Assembly: GCA_037447605.1 (NCBI GenBank)
Contig: CM074812.1
Coordinates: 2,108,001-2,172,000, forward strand
Reading direction: 5' to 3'
DNA length: 64,000 bases
Source: Zygnema circumcarinatum SAG 698-1b
Taxonomy: Eukaryota > Plantae > Zygnematophyceae
The position numbers were made by a program, and so were the translations under genes. The notes under the pieces are model-generated. The model did not search any database and had not been told where the DNA came from. It worked only from the letters and a program-made list of their open reading frames with translations. Position 1 is the stretch's first letter. Each line of letters begins with the position of its first letter. Below are positions 18,401 to 35,869 of the stretch, one piece after another.

Positions 18401-18578
18401 TTGTCCTGTTTCGTTGGTTCACTTTTTACTTTTCACTAAACTTTTTTTTTTGCGGCGATGGTGGTTTTGGCTGCAGGGGATCAGAAAAGCGATTGTTCGC
18501 GCATCTCTGACGGAGCGTGTTAAGAAGTTTGTGGAAGATCACGTGCAGGTCTACTTGAAGAAGCAGCAGCAGGAGTAG
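7647..18578 (+). CDS. ASHH2: ASHH2/SDG8(EFS)-like histone H3K36 methyltransferase (CW, AWS, SET, post-SET, C-terminal SRI-like domain)
   Basis: 19 phase-consistent exons: 7647-8128, 8773-8999, 9189-9268, 9554-9682, 10139-10255, 10673-10765, 11208-11285, 11982-12038, 12240-12819, 12911-12966, 13235-13317, 13616-13698, 14111-14190, 14497-14573, 14739-14784, 15234-17468, 17805-17846, 18131-18223, 18477-18578. Motifs: CW (WVQCD..CRKWRR...WVCKDN..C), AWS ([11 protein letters not shown]), SET ([33 protein letters not shown]), post-SET ([10 protein letters not shown]), ASHH2-like [11 protein letters not shown]. Confidence 0.92.
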
Positions 18579-19850
18579 GGCAGGAGGGAGGGAGGGCGAG
18601 GGAGGGAGGGCGAGGGAGGGAGGAGAGAGGGAAGGGGAAGAATGGACAGAGGGAGGGAGGGAGAGAGATGGAGGGAAAGCGGAGAGGAGAGGGAGGAGAA
18701 AGCGGAAAATTTTTGGATAGAGGGAGCCAAAATTGATGATATGGCTCCCAGTGAAGCAATTTCTGACGTTTGGAAGAACCCAATTAGGACTCCCTGCTTG
18801 CCCCCCGTGGCGCAGGGTTCGGAGCTGAATTCAGGTCTAAAATTAGGCTATCGTTGTGTGTCTCTCTGTTTTTGTTTCAATTGGCAAATTTTTTGTACAA
18901 TTTTATGTGGCTAAAGAGCTGCATTTTGTAATAGGTAGCTGGATCATTGAAAGTAGTGACTATTATTTTCATAGTTTTGAATCTTCTCCCTTCTCCCCAA
19001 CACTCCCTGTCACGCTCACACCCTCTCCCACTTCCCCTCCCCCACTCCATCTTTCCCTGTCTCCCCATTTGTTTTTCGGTCCATGTAACAGTGTGAGTTG
19101 AAGTGTTGTACTTTTTGAAGTTTCTTGCGCGACGGAAAGTTCTCAATGACTACAGTTTTTCCATAGTTTTCTATTTCTGTGCCGTGGATTCATTTCATTC
19201 GTTGAGTTACACTTCAAGCTACCAGTGCTGTTCATGTGTGAGGAGAGACAGAGGAAGTGGGGGAGGCGGGAAAGGGGCCGAAAGAGAGAGAGAGAGAGAG
19301 ACAGAACAAGAGAGAGAAAGAAAGGGTGAGAGCGAGGATAAAAGTAATTTTTGGATTCAAATCCCACTCTTCCGACCGACACATCTTCACTACTCGACGC
19401 ACAAGAAGATGAAAACGATTTAAGAATCTCTGCAGCATACGAAGTCACCCACAGTGAATGGAGGTTCTATGTTCAACGGACCGCCTCCAAAGCGTCATCC
19501 ATGGAGAATAATAGCTATACAAGGAACGGAACAATGAGCGCCATTCGCCTTTCCTATGCTCTAATCTGCCTCTCAATCTCAATCCAAAGTCTTGTAGTCG
19601 ACAAACAGTAAACCCTATCACATGGAATGGATTTCCTGCCTTACACAGAGCAGATAAAAGGTAAGGAGACGAGTGTGCATATGAAGACCGTAGGAACATA
19701 AGAGTACAGACAGACCTGAGGTGGGACGATCCTGGTGAAGGGCGGACATGGTAAGAGTAGAAGAACATCACGGAGAGGGAGAGGGGAAGGGAGTGAGAGA
19801 GGGAGAGGACACGAGGGAGTGGAGTAACACTCCCTCCCTCCCTCCCTTCT

Positions 19851-24809
<4,959 letters not shown>

Positions 24810-26677
24810 GGCGGGGGAGGAAGGGAGGGAGAGGNNNNNNNNNNGGGAGGGAGGGAGAAGGGAGGGAGGGGGGTGAGGTGGGAGAGGGGGGAGGGACTGG
24901 GGGATTGAGACGGGAGGGAAGGGAGAGAGGGAGGGAGAAGGGTAGAGCGGGAGAGGGGGGGTGAGTGGAAGAGGGGTGAGAGAGATAGGGCTGTAGGGAG
25001 AGGGGACGTAGAGGCGAAGGGGAGATGGCACGACCGTACCTCCCTCCGGATCGGAACCTTCTCCTCACCTCCTCACCCCACAAAAAGTATCCTCTCTACG
25101 GACACGTAGTTGCCTTTCGCGGACAGATACTCGCTATTGAGGGACGCTTTGTCGTACTACTCAGCTGTGGACTTTTACCGCTTGCGGTTTGTAAGTTGGT
25201 TGCCGGCGTTCGCTCGAGTATAGGACACTGGGACCTGTCCGTATCCTGGTGGAGGATGGTACAAATATCCAGAGGACGCTTTGGGGACGTCGTACGGTGA
25301 GCCGAAGGCGTCTTGGAAGTTTCGCCTCGAATAAGTCTCGCACGTGTGGGACACAAAGGACGACTGTTGGGAGATGGCGTGGGAAGGGTATTGTGACCCG
25401 GTGGTTGCTTGGACGTTGTTTTCAGGATAGTAAACGCTCTTGAAGGACGTATAAGACACAGGTATTTCACATTCGGGCGCCGGGTCATGCGCCGTATACC
25501 ACGCGCGCCTCCGGGGGATCTCGGCAGCCAACATTTTGGAAGAGAAACAGCCAATGGAAAAGCGCCACATGTAAACTGTGCTTACGTGGCGGATGGCCAT
25601 TGGTGGATGCTCAGCAAAGTTCCTTTGGGCGTTTCGTTTTCGGAGGAAAGGTTTCGAACCTCCGCGAAACCGTCGATTGACTTTTGGGACCGATCTTGGC
25701 CGATCTTGACCGGGATTGACCAAAATATCTCGTTGGAATTTCATTTTTTTAAACCAATCACAGTACGCCACGTCTTCAATTCTGCATACGTGGCTGCATG
25801 CGGGCAGTTAAAAAATATTGTAAGTGACGATCTGATTGGGCAATTGATTGCCTCGGGCAGATAATGAAAATTTCAAGCTGCCTTTTAAAAGTCCGTCGCC
25901 ACGTCGCCGGACGGGCGAACCGGCCAGAAAGCGTCCGCCGACAGCAGTACCTGACGTCCGATTGAAAATACTACAGGGTATATCAAACCATTTCGATGCC
26001 TCATGGCAGTTTCCACAATCAGTTTTCCGCTCCTAGCTTCGTTTTATTGTGTTTCGGTCCTTTGTGACCAGTCCTTCGTGGTTCCACATTTTGCCTTTAT
26101 CCACGTAAATTTGATGGCCTCGCCATCGCGAGTTCAATGAAAGTTTGCGTTTTTTTCCACAATCTATTTGTGGGAAAATTGAACTTTGAAAGGATTTTCC
26201 TAACATATCTGTCCGAATTAGCATGAAACGGATTGGCCCTATGTTCCATGTGTGAGCGCAACGGCGAACAGAACTGCGGCCATGGAGCGCGCATGGAACC
26301 GCAAATAGCGCTAACTCTGGATCTCTGAACCCTCCGCGTATCGGGAACATCCAAGGGCTCAGGAAATTCATACATTTTGTACGGTCAATTGTACGGCGAA
26401 ATATTCGTACAGTCCGTCATCCGTACAGAGTCCGTACAGAAGCTTCCATTTCAGCCTCATCATCAGCAGCTCTTTTCCGGAGGCCAAAAACTGACCCTTT
26501 TATTAACTTTTTAAACTCCTCCCTTCTCTTTGTAAAAGAATAGTTTTTTTTGTTTTATTTCTTACTTTTCTTCACACCCCAATTTTTGCCTTTCAAATTT
26601 TAGCAACTTTTATTTTCATTATCCCTTTCATTTTGTTTTTTTCCTCCTTTCTTTTTATATTTTCCCCACAAGGAAGA

Positions 26678-29600
26678 ATGAGTCATCCGCCGCCCGCCGC
26701 TGAAGAAGGAACAAAGAAGAAGTACCTCCCTCTGTATGGAACGCTCGCGAGCAGCGCCATCGCCACGTGCTGGGCGGAGGTTCGTTCCCCCTTTTTTTTT
26801 TTTCGGTTTTTGAGTTTTTGGGGTATTGGGTTTTCAGAATTTATAGAGTTTGAAGGGTTTAAGAGTTTTAGGGTTTCAACTTTTTAGGTTTTTATATGGG
26901 TTTTGAGGGGCAGAGTCTTCCTGGGGTTCAGGGACTGAACGAGTCTCTCTGAACCTCCTCTTTCTTTCTGTCTTTCTTTCCTTCCTTACCTCTTCCTGTG
27001 ACCCATTCTCCCACCCTGCCTCTTCCGCCTCTCCTTCCCTCCTTCCTCTCTCCCCCTCTCTCCTTCATTACCCGCTGCCCTCTCTCTCGCTGTCGTATTC
27101 CCCCCCCCCCTTACCCTTCGTCTCTGCCCCCTCCCCTCTTTACCCTTCTTCCCCGCTTCACTCTCACCCTTTCTCCCCTCTCCCCCCACCCTCAACCTTC
27201 TTCTTCCTCCACCACCCCCCACCCCCCTTCACCTATCTTCCCCCCCCCCCCCCCTTACCCTTCTTCCTTCTCCCCCCCTCACCCTCACCCTCTCCCCCCT
27301 CCCCTCCCCTCCCTCACCCTCTCTCCCCACCCTCCTATTACCCTCCCCCCCCGCCCTACTCTTCTTCCTTCTCCCTCCCCTCACCCTCTCTTCCCCCCCC
27401 CTTTACCCACTCCCCTCTTTCTTCCCCCCCCCTCCCCCCCCCTACCCTCCTTCTCCCTCCCCCTCACCCTCTCTCCCCTTTCCCTCCCCCCCCCTTCACC
27501 CTCCTTCCTTCTTCCCCTTTCACACCCTCTCTCCCTCTCCCTCTCCCCTTCCCCTCCTCCCCCCCACCCCTATCCTCCTTTTCTCCTGCCTCCCCTCACT
27601 CCTCTCCCCTCCCTCCCTCTCCCCCTCTTTTACCCTCCTTCCTTCTCCTCCCTCACTCCTCCTCCCCCCTAACCTCCCTCTCCCCTCCCTCCCTCCCCAA
27701 AGTTCTGCACCTCCCCATCGATACCGCCATGTCCGCCTTCGCTGCAGGGGCCGCGGGTAAGGGGCCCGCCCAAGGCCAAGTAAGGGCGTCGATGGGACCT
27801 CGCGGCGGTGGCGAGGGAGGAGGGGCCGACCGCGCTCTGGAGGGGACTCGAGGCGGGACTGCACCGACAGTGCCTCTTCGGGGGACTCAGGATAGGACTC
27901 TACGACCCGGTCAGAGGGGCAAAACCCTAAAAACCCTAGAAACTCTAAAACCCTAAAACCCTAGAAACCACCGACAGTGCCTCTTCGGGGGACTGAGGAT
28001 AGGACTCTATGACCCGGTCAGAGGGGCAAAACCCTAAAAAACCCTAGGAACTCTAAACCCCTAAAACCCTGGAAACCACCGACAGTGCCTCTTCGGGGGA
28101 CTGAGGATAGGACTCTACGACCCGGTCAGAGGGGCAAAACCCTAAAAACCCTAGAAACTCTAAAACCCTAAAACCCTAGAAACCACCGACAGTGCCTCTT
28201 CGGGGGACTGAGGATAGGACTCTATGACCCGGTCAGAGGGGCAAAACCCTAAAAACCCTAGAAACTCTAAAACCCTAAAACCCTAGAAACCACCGACAGT
28301 GCCTCTTCGGGGGACTGAGGATAGGACTCTATGACCCGGTCAGAGGGGCAAAACCCTAAAAACCCTAGAAACTCTAAAACCCTAAAACCCTAGAAACCAC
28401 CGACAGTGCCTCTTCGGGGGACTGAGGATAGGACTCTATGACCCGGTCAGAGGGGCAAAACCCTAAAAACCCTAGAAACTCTAAAACCCTAAAACCCTAG
28501 AAACCACCGACAGTGCCTCTTCGGGGGACTGAGGATAGGACTCTATGACCCGGTCAGAGGGGCAAAACCCTAAAAACCCTAGAACTCTAAAACCCTAAAA
28601 CCCTAGAAACCACCGACAGTGCCTCTTCGGGGGACTGAGGATAGGACTCTATGACCCGGTCAGAGGGGCAAAACCCTAAAACCTTTAAAACCCTAAAACC
28701 CTAAAACCCTAGAAACCACCGACAGTGCCTCTTCGGGGGACTCAGGATAGGACTCTACGACCCGGTCAGAGGGGCAAAACCCTAAAAACCCTAGAAACTC
28801 TAAAACCCTAAAGCCCTAGAAACCACCGACAGTGCCTCTTCGGGGGACTCAGGATAGGACTCTATGACCCGGTCAGAGGGGCAAAACCCTAAAACATTTA
28901 AAACCCTAAAACCCTAAAACCCTAGAAACCACCGACAGTGCCTCTTCGGGGGACTCAGGATAGGACTCTACGACCCGGTCAGAGGGGCAAAACCCTAACA
29001 AACCCTAAAACCCTAAACCCTAAATCCCTAGAAACCACCGGCAGTGCCTCTTTGGGGGACTGAGGATCGGACTCTACGACCCGGTCAGAGGGGCAAAACC
29101 CTAAAACCTTTAAAACCCTAAAACCCTAAAACCCTAGAAACCACCGACAGTGCCTCTTCGGGGGACTGAGGATAGGACTCTACGACCCGGTCAGAGGGGC
29201 AAAACCCTAAAAACCCTAGAAACTCTAAAACCCTAAAACCCTAGAAACCACCGACAGTGCCTCTTCGGGGGACTGAGGATAGGACTCTATGACCCGGTCA
29301 GTGGGGCAAAACCCTAAAAACCCTAGAAACTCTAAAACCCTAAAACCCTAGAAACCACCGACAGTGCCTCTTCGGGGGACTGAGGATAGGACTCTATGAC
29401 CCGGTCAGAGGGGCAAAACCCTAAAAACCCTAGAAACTCTAAAACCCTAAAACCCTAGAAACCACCGACAGTGCCTCTTCGGGGGACTGAGGATAGGACT
29501 CTACGACCCGGTCAGAGGGGCAAAACCCTAAAACCCTAGAAACTCTAAAACCCTAAAACCCTAGAAACCACCGACAGTGCCTCTTCGGGGGACTGAGGAT

Positions 29601-32600
29601 AGGACTCTATGACCCGGTCAGAGGGGCAAAACCCTAAAACCTTAGAAACCCTAAAACCCTAAAACCCTAGAAACCACCGACAGTGCCTCTTCGGGGGACT
29701 GAGGATAGGACTCTATGACCCGGTCAGAGGGGCAAAACCCTAAAAACCCTAGAAACTCTAAAACCCTAAAACCCTAGAAACCACCGACAGTGCCTCTTCG
29801 GGGGACTGAGGATAGGACTCTACGACCCGGTCAGAGGGGCAAAACCCTAAAAACCCTAGAAACTCTAAAACCCTAAAACCCTAGAAACCACCGACAGTGC
29901 CTCTTCGGGGGACTGAGGATAGGACTCTATGACCCGGTCAGAGGGGCAAAACCCTAAAAACCCTAGAAACTCTAAAACCCTAAAACCCTAGAAACCACCG
30001 ACAGTGCCTCTTCGGGGGACTGAGGATAGGACTCTATGACCCGGTCAGAGGGGCAAAACCCTAAAACCCTTTAAAACCCTAAAACCCTAAAACCCTAGAA
30101 ACCACCGACAGTGCCTCTTCGGGGGACTCAGGATAGGACTCTACGACCCGGTCAGAGGGGCAAAACCCTAAAAACCCTAGAAACTCTAAAACCCTAAAGC
30201 CCTAGAAACCACCGACAGTGCCTCTTCGGGGGACTCAGGATAGGACTCTATGACCCGGTCAGAGGGGCAAAACCCTAAAACCTTTAAAACCCTAAAACCC
30301 TAAAACCCTAGAAACCACCGACAGTGCCTCTTCGGGGGACTCAGGATAGGACTCTACGACCCGGTCAGAGGGGCAAAACCCTAACAAACCCTAAAACCCT
30401 AAACCCTAAATCCCTAGAAACCACCGGCAGTGCCTCTTTGGGGGACTGAGGATCGGACTCTACGACCCGGTCAGAGGGGCAAAACCCTAAAACCTTTAAA
30501 ACCCTAAAACCCTAAAACCCTAGAAACCACCGACAGTGCCTCTTCGGGGGACTGAGGATAGGACTCTAAGACCCGGTCAGAGGGGCAAAACCCTAAAACC
30601 CTAGAAACTCTAAAACCCTAAAACCCTAGAAACCACCGAACAGTGCCTCTTCGGGGGACTGAGGATAGGACTCTATGACCCGGTCAGAGGGGCAAAACCC
30701 TAAAAACCCTAGAAACTCTAAAACCCTAAAACCCTAGAAACCACCGACAGTGCCTCTTCGGGGGACTGAGGATAGGACTCTATGACCCGGTCAGAGGGGC
30801 AAAACCCTAAAACCCTAGAAACTCTAAAACCCTAAAACCCTAGAAACCACCGACAGTGCCTCTTCGGGGGACTGAGGATAGGACTCTACGACCCGGTCAG
30901 AGGGGCAAAACCCTAAAAACCCTAGAAACTCTAAAACCCTAAAACCCTAGAAACCACCGACAGTGCCTCTTCGGGGGACTGAGGATAGGACTCTATGACC
31001 CGGTCAGAGGGGCAAAACCCTAAAACCTTTAAAACCCTAAAACCCTAAAACCCTAGAAACCACCGACAGTGCCTCTTCGGGGGACTCAGGATAGGACTCT
31101 ACGACCCGGTCAGAGGGGCAAAACCCTAAAACCCTAAAACCCTAAACCCTAAAAGCCCTAGAAACCACCGGCAGTGCCTCTTCGGGGGACTGAGGATAGG
31201 ACTCTACGACCCGGTCAGAGGGGCAAAACCCTAAAACCTTTAAAACCCTAAAACCCTAAAACCCTAGAAACCACCGACAGTGCCTCTTCGGGGGACTGAG
31301 GATAGGACTCTACGACCCGGTCAGAGGGGCAAAACCCTAACAAACCCTAAAACCCCAAAACCCCAGAAACCACCCACCGGGCCCCCTCGGGGGACCGGCG
31401 ATCGGGCTCTACGACCCGGCCGACAGGGCAAACCCCCAAAACCCTTTGAAACTCTAAAACCCTAAAACCCTAGAAACCACCGACAGTGCCTCTTCGGGGG
31501 ACTGAGGATAGGACTCTACGACCCGGTCAGAGGGGCAAAACCCTAAAAACCCTAGAAACTCTAAAACCCTAAAACCCTAGAAACCACCGACAGTGCCTCT
31601 TCGGGGGACTGAGGATAGGACTCTACGACCCGGTCAGAGGGGCAAAACCCTAAAAACCCTAGAAACTCTAAAACCCTAAAACCTTGGAAACCACCGACAG
31701 TGCCTCTTCGGGGGACTGAGGATAGGACTCTACGACCCGGTCAGAGGGGCAAAACCCTAAAAACCCTAGAAACTCTAAAACCCTAAAACCTTGGAAACCA
31801 CCGACAGTGCCTCTTCGGGGGACTCAGGATAGGACTCTACGACCCGGTCAGAGGGGCAAAACCCTAAAACACCCTAAAACCCTAAAAACACGGAACATCT
31901 AGAAAACCCTAAGACCCTAAAAACACGGCAAACCTGAAAAACTCTAAAACCCTAAAACCCTAAAACCCTAAAGACACGGCAAACCTAAAAAAACCCTAAA
32001 AACCCTAATAACCCTAAAACCCTTAAAAACCCTAAGAACACTAACTGCTGGAACAAGGTTGAAACATCTGCAATGGAAGTCTGAAAACATTAAACCATAG
32101 AAAAATAAAGTAAAATTTCGCTGAAAGCTCGCTACTCAGCGGTGGGGGGGTGAAGGGGAGGGTTTGTTATTAGGAGAGGGAAAGGAAGAGGGAGGGAGGT
32201 GTGGAGGGTAGAGAGAGGGAATACAAAGGAGAGGGGTAGAGAGAGGGAGAGGGCTTGTAAGGTCTTTAGCGGTTTTAGGATTTTGAGGGTTTTAGATCCA
32301 AACTTGATTTGATTCGGATTAATTTGCGCCAATTTTAGTGTTGTTAATTCCAATTATTTTAGTTTTTTTCGCTTGCAGGTGAAGAGCTTCTATGTGGGCA
32401 AAGACCACGAGGGCGAAGTACCGCTTCTGAAAAAGATTGCCGCCGCGATGACCACTGGTAGGCATCCGCACAGGAAGGCGTTGACTTTCTTGACTCGGCT
32501 TGACTTCCTTCACTCAGATTGATTTTCTTGACCCAGATTGACTTTTTTGACCCGGTCTGACTTTCTTGACTCAGATTGACTTCCTAGATTGCCTTTCTTG

Positions 32601-33918
32601 GCCCAGATTGACTCTCTAGGTTGACTTCCTTGACTCAGATTGCCTTCCTTGTCCCAAATTGAATTCCTTGACCCTGATTGACTTTATTGACTCGGATTGA
32701 CTTAACTCAGATTGTCTTCCTTGACTCTGATTGACTTCCTTGACTCGGCTTGGTTTTCTTGACTCAGATTGACTTTCTTGGTTTGGAACTGACTGGAACG
32801 TGTGATTTGAAACTGGTGACTTGGGCTGAAAACTGGAAACTAAGAAAACTGAAATTGAAACTGAAACAAAAACTAAAACTGAAACTGAAACTGAAACTAA
32901 CCTGAAACTGAAACTTAAACTCAAACTCAAACTCAAACTCAAACTCAAACTCAAACTCAAACTCAAACTCAAACTCAACCTCAAACTCAAACTCAAACTT
33001 AAGCTGAAACCGAAACCGAAACTGTCCTGAAACTGTCCTGAAACTCAAACTCAAACTGGAACTGCAACTGCAACTGAAACTAGAACCGAAACTGTCCCAA
33101 AACTGGATCTGGAACTGGAACTGGAACTGGAACTGGAACTGGAACTGGAACTGGAACTGGAACTGCCACTGAAACTGAAACTGAGAGCCACGTGGCATGT
33201 GTCCGCAGGCGCCATCGGCATCGCGATCGCGAATCCGACGGACCTCGTTAAAGTGCGCCTCCAGGCGGCGGCGGGGACCGGGGGAGGCGGGACCGGGGGA
33301 GGGGCTATGCAGGCCTACGCCAGGATCTATAGGCAGGTAGGTACGCGGGCAGGCAGGGCGGGCAGGGGGGGCGGGCAGGGGGCAGAATTGGAAAAAAAAA
33401 GTTACGATTAAACTATTTTGAATTTGGGGAAATTTTGAAAGTGAATATCACTACGTTTGGAAGTTGGGGGAAATTTGGGGAATTTGAAAGTGAATGATAG
33501 TACATGAGGTGAATAATAGTACTACGTGTGGAAGTTTACAGCATGACTTCAAAAAACGCATCATTTTTTTTCTTTTCTTAATTTTTTGTATTATCACTTG
33601 TGGGTCTATAGAGACACAGATTTGGCAAAAGGAAGTCGTTTTTTTTTTTTTTTTTTTTTTTTTGGTGGCAATGGAAAACTTTTATTTTTTCTTTTTGGGG
33701 TAGTTTGAAAACGATCAACACCATATCCATCTGTTGACTTAGATCCTGAAATTTTTCCTTTCCTCATGTTTTTTTTCTCCTGCCCGTGGGTTCGGGCAGG
33801 AAGGCCTGGCTGCCCTTTGGACCGGAGTGGGGCCAAATATCGCTCGAAATGCAATCATTAATGCAGCGGAACTGGCCAGTTACGATCAGATCAAGGAGGT
33901 GAGCTGGCAGTCTCTCCC

Positions 33919-33952
<34 letters not shown>

Positions 33953-34884
33953 CTCGCACTCTCTCCGTCTCTCCCTCTTCCTCTTCCCCTTCCGACCTCC
34001 TTCCCTCTCTCTTTGTGTGTCTCTCTCTCTCCCTCTCCCCAACCCTCTCTCCCTCCTAACTGAGCGCCTCTCCTTCTCTCTCACCCTTTCTCTCCCTTCC
34101 CCACTCCCTCACTCCCCCCTTCCCCCTCTCTGTGTCCCTCTCTCTCCCTCTCTCCCTCCCTCTCTCCCTCCTAACAAAAACCTCTCCCTTTCTCTCTCGC
34201 ACTCTCGCCCTCTCCCCCTCTCCCCCTCCCTCTCTCCCTCCTAACCACAAACCTCTCCCTCTCTCTCTCTCTCACTCTCTCCCTCTCCCCCTCCCTCTCT
34301 CCCTCCTAACCACAAACCTCTCCCTCTCTCTCTCTCACTCTCCCCCTCTCCCCCTCCCTCCCACCTTCCTAACTATGAACCTCCCTCTCTCGCACTGCCC
34401 CCTCCACCTCTCCCTCCCTCTCACCCTCCAACTAAGAACCTCTCTCTCGTGCACTCTCCCTCTCTCCCCTCTCTCTCCCCTTTCTCCTCTCCTCCCTTCT
34501 CTCCCCTTTCTCCCCTTCTCCTCCCTCTCCCCTCTCCCCTTCTCCCTCTCTTCTCCTCTTTTCCTCCCTTCCCTTCTTCTCCCTTTCTCCTCATCACCTC
34601 TCTCCCCCCTCTTCTCTCCTCTTCTCCCTACTCCTTTCTCCCCCACTCCCTTTCTCTCTTCTTCCTTCTCTTCCTTTTCTTTCTTTCCTCTCTCCCTCTC
34701 CCTTCCTATCTGATTTAGCGTTTCCTTCTCAATTCTTTCTTCTTTTCTTCTTTCTTTCTTCTCTCTCTCTCTCCCGCAGTCTCTCCTCTCCCTCCCCGGC
34801 TTCCAGGACAACGTGGCGACCCATCTCCTGTCCGGTCTCGGCGCCGGTTTTGTCGCCGTCTGCGTCGGCTCCCCCGTCGATGTG
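26678..34884 (+). CDS. UCP1: Mitochondrial uncoupling protein (UCP/PUMP, mitochondrial carrier family), 3' partial
   Basis: Exons 26678-26779, 27703-27909 (several 1-nt losses in its first half; ends [33 protein letters not shown]), 32379-32457 ([10 protein letters not shown]...KKIAAAMTT), 33209-33336 ([12 protein letters not shown]), 33800-33898 ([25 protein letters not shown]) and 34780-34884 ([17 protein letters not shown]). The remaining exons presumably fall in the N gap at 35214-35313. Confidence 0.9.
27862..31868 (+). repeat. ~107-bp tandem array, 38 units by my count: UCP exon-2 3' end (48 nt) + splice donor + telomere-like spacer
   Basis: Unit = caccgacagtgcctcttcgggggactSaggataggactctaYgacccg|gtcagaggggc + (aaaaccct)-variant spacer. 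The first unit is the real exon end. Confidence 0.97.
32480..33185. repeat. Compound minisatellite/microsatellite in UCP intron 3
   Basis: A ~18-bp ttgactttcttgactcaga-type repeat (32480-32780), followed by the hexamers aaactg, aaactc and gaactg. Confidence 0.85.
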
Positions 34885-34910
34885 GTCGGAACAAACAAAC
34901 AAACCGCTCA

Positions 34911-35110
34911 GGGGTTTAGGGTTTTAGGTCTTTTGGGGTTTTAGGTCTTTTAGGGTATTAGGTCTTATAGGGTATTAGGTATTTAGGGTTTTAGGTCTTA
35001 TAGGGTATTAGGTCTTTTAGGGTTTTAGGTCTTTTCGGGTTTTAGGACTTTTCAGGTTTTAGGTCTTGTAGGGTTTTAGATCTTTTAGGGTTTTAGGTCT
35101 TTTAGGCCTT
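34911..35110. repeat. Telomere-like (ttttagggttttaggtc)n repeat after the UCP exon 6 donor
   Basis: Degenerate ~17-bp units. Confidence 0.8.
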
Positions 35111-35869
35111 TAGGATAAGCGGGAGGAAGGGAGAGACGAGAAGGGGTAGGGGGTAAGGGAGGGAGGCAGCTGGGGGTGGGAAGGCTTGGAAACTATGTGT
35201 GAAAGGTGGCAGGNNNNNNNNNNNNNNNNNNNNNNNNNNNNNNNNNNNNNNNNNNNNNNNNNNNNNNNNNNNNNNNNNNNNNNNNNNNNNNNNNNNNNNN
35301 NNNNNNNNNNNNNGCTCTTCGGGAGATATTTTTTTCTCCTTAGAGAAATTGGCTTCACCACATTATTTTTGTTTTTAAATCTTTAATAAAACGACATCTT
35401 TTCATTTCACCGATGTTCATCTATCGTGGTTTCTTCTACTCATTTTTTTTTTGAATTTAAATTTGCATTTGACTAACTCTCTGACTGACTGACCGACTGT
35501 TGGTATTTTATTAAAGGCAAAATTCGAATTGCTTTCATTTTCCACAATTTCCACAGCAAAAAAAAAAGCGAAATCGGTACCGAATTCAACTTCATATATC
35601 AATAGTAAAAAAATATTAAAAAAATTATTAACGTCTCGGGGGTACCCACTGCCTTATTAATCTCCTCCGGCCAAAAAATGTCATAGTCACTTAAAGAATA
35701 ATCAAATCCTCCAAACTAGAAAGAATACCTCCCACAGCCTCTACCTCTACAGAACTTTGCCTTGCCCGCTACTCATTTTACAAAAAGTATGTAAACTCCC
35801 AAACTGCATAGCTTCTAAAACTCGCCAAATTCCAACCGACCAAAGCCAAAAACCATCATCGTCATATCA

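Noticed and set aside
25025-26375. ORFs between TOL and UCP
   Set aside because: Short, overlapping and motif-less; consistent with a divergent promoter region.
27703-27810. UCP as a pseudogene because of exon-2 frameshifts
   Set aside because: Clustered 1-nt losses next to a C-rich low-complexity tract look like read error and the other exons are clean. Pseudogene status cannot be fully excluded without reads.
27862-31868. CRISPR array (constant repeat plus variable spacer)
   Set aside because: The repeat is a eukaryotic exon end plus donor, the spacers are mutually similar telomere-like tracts, and there are no cas genes.
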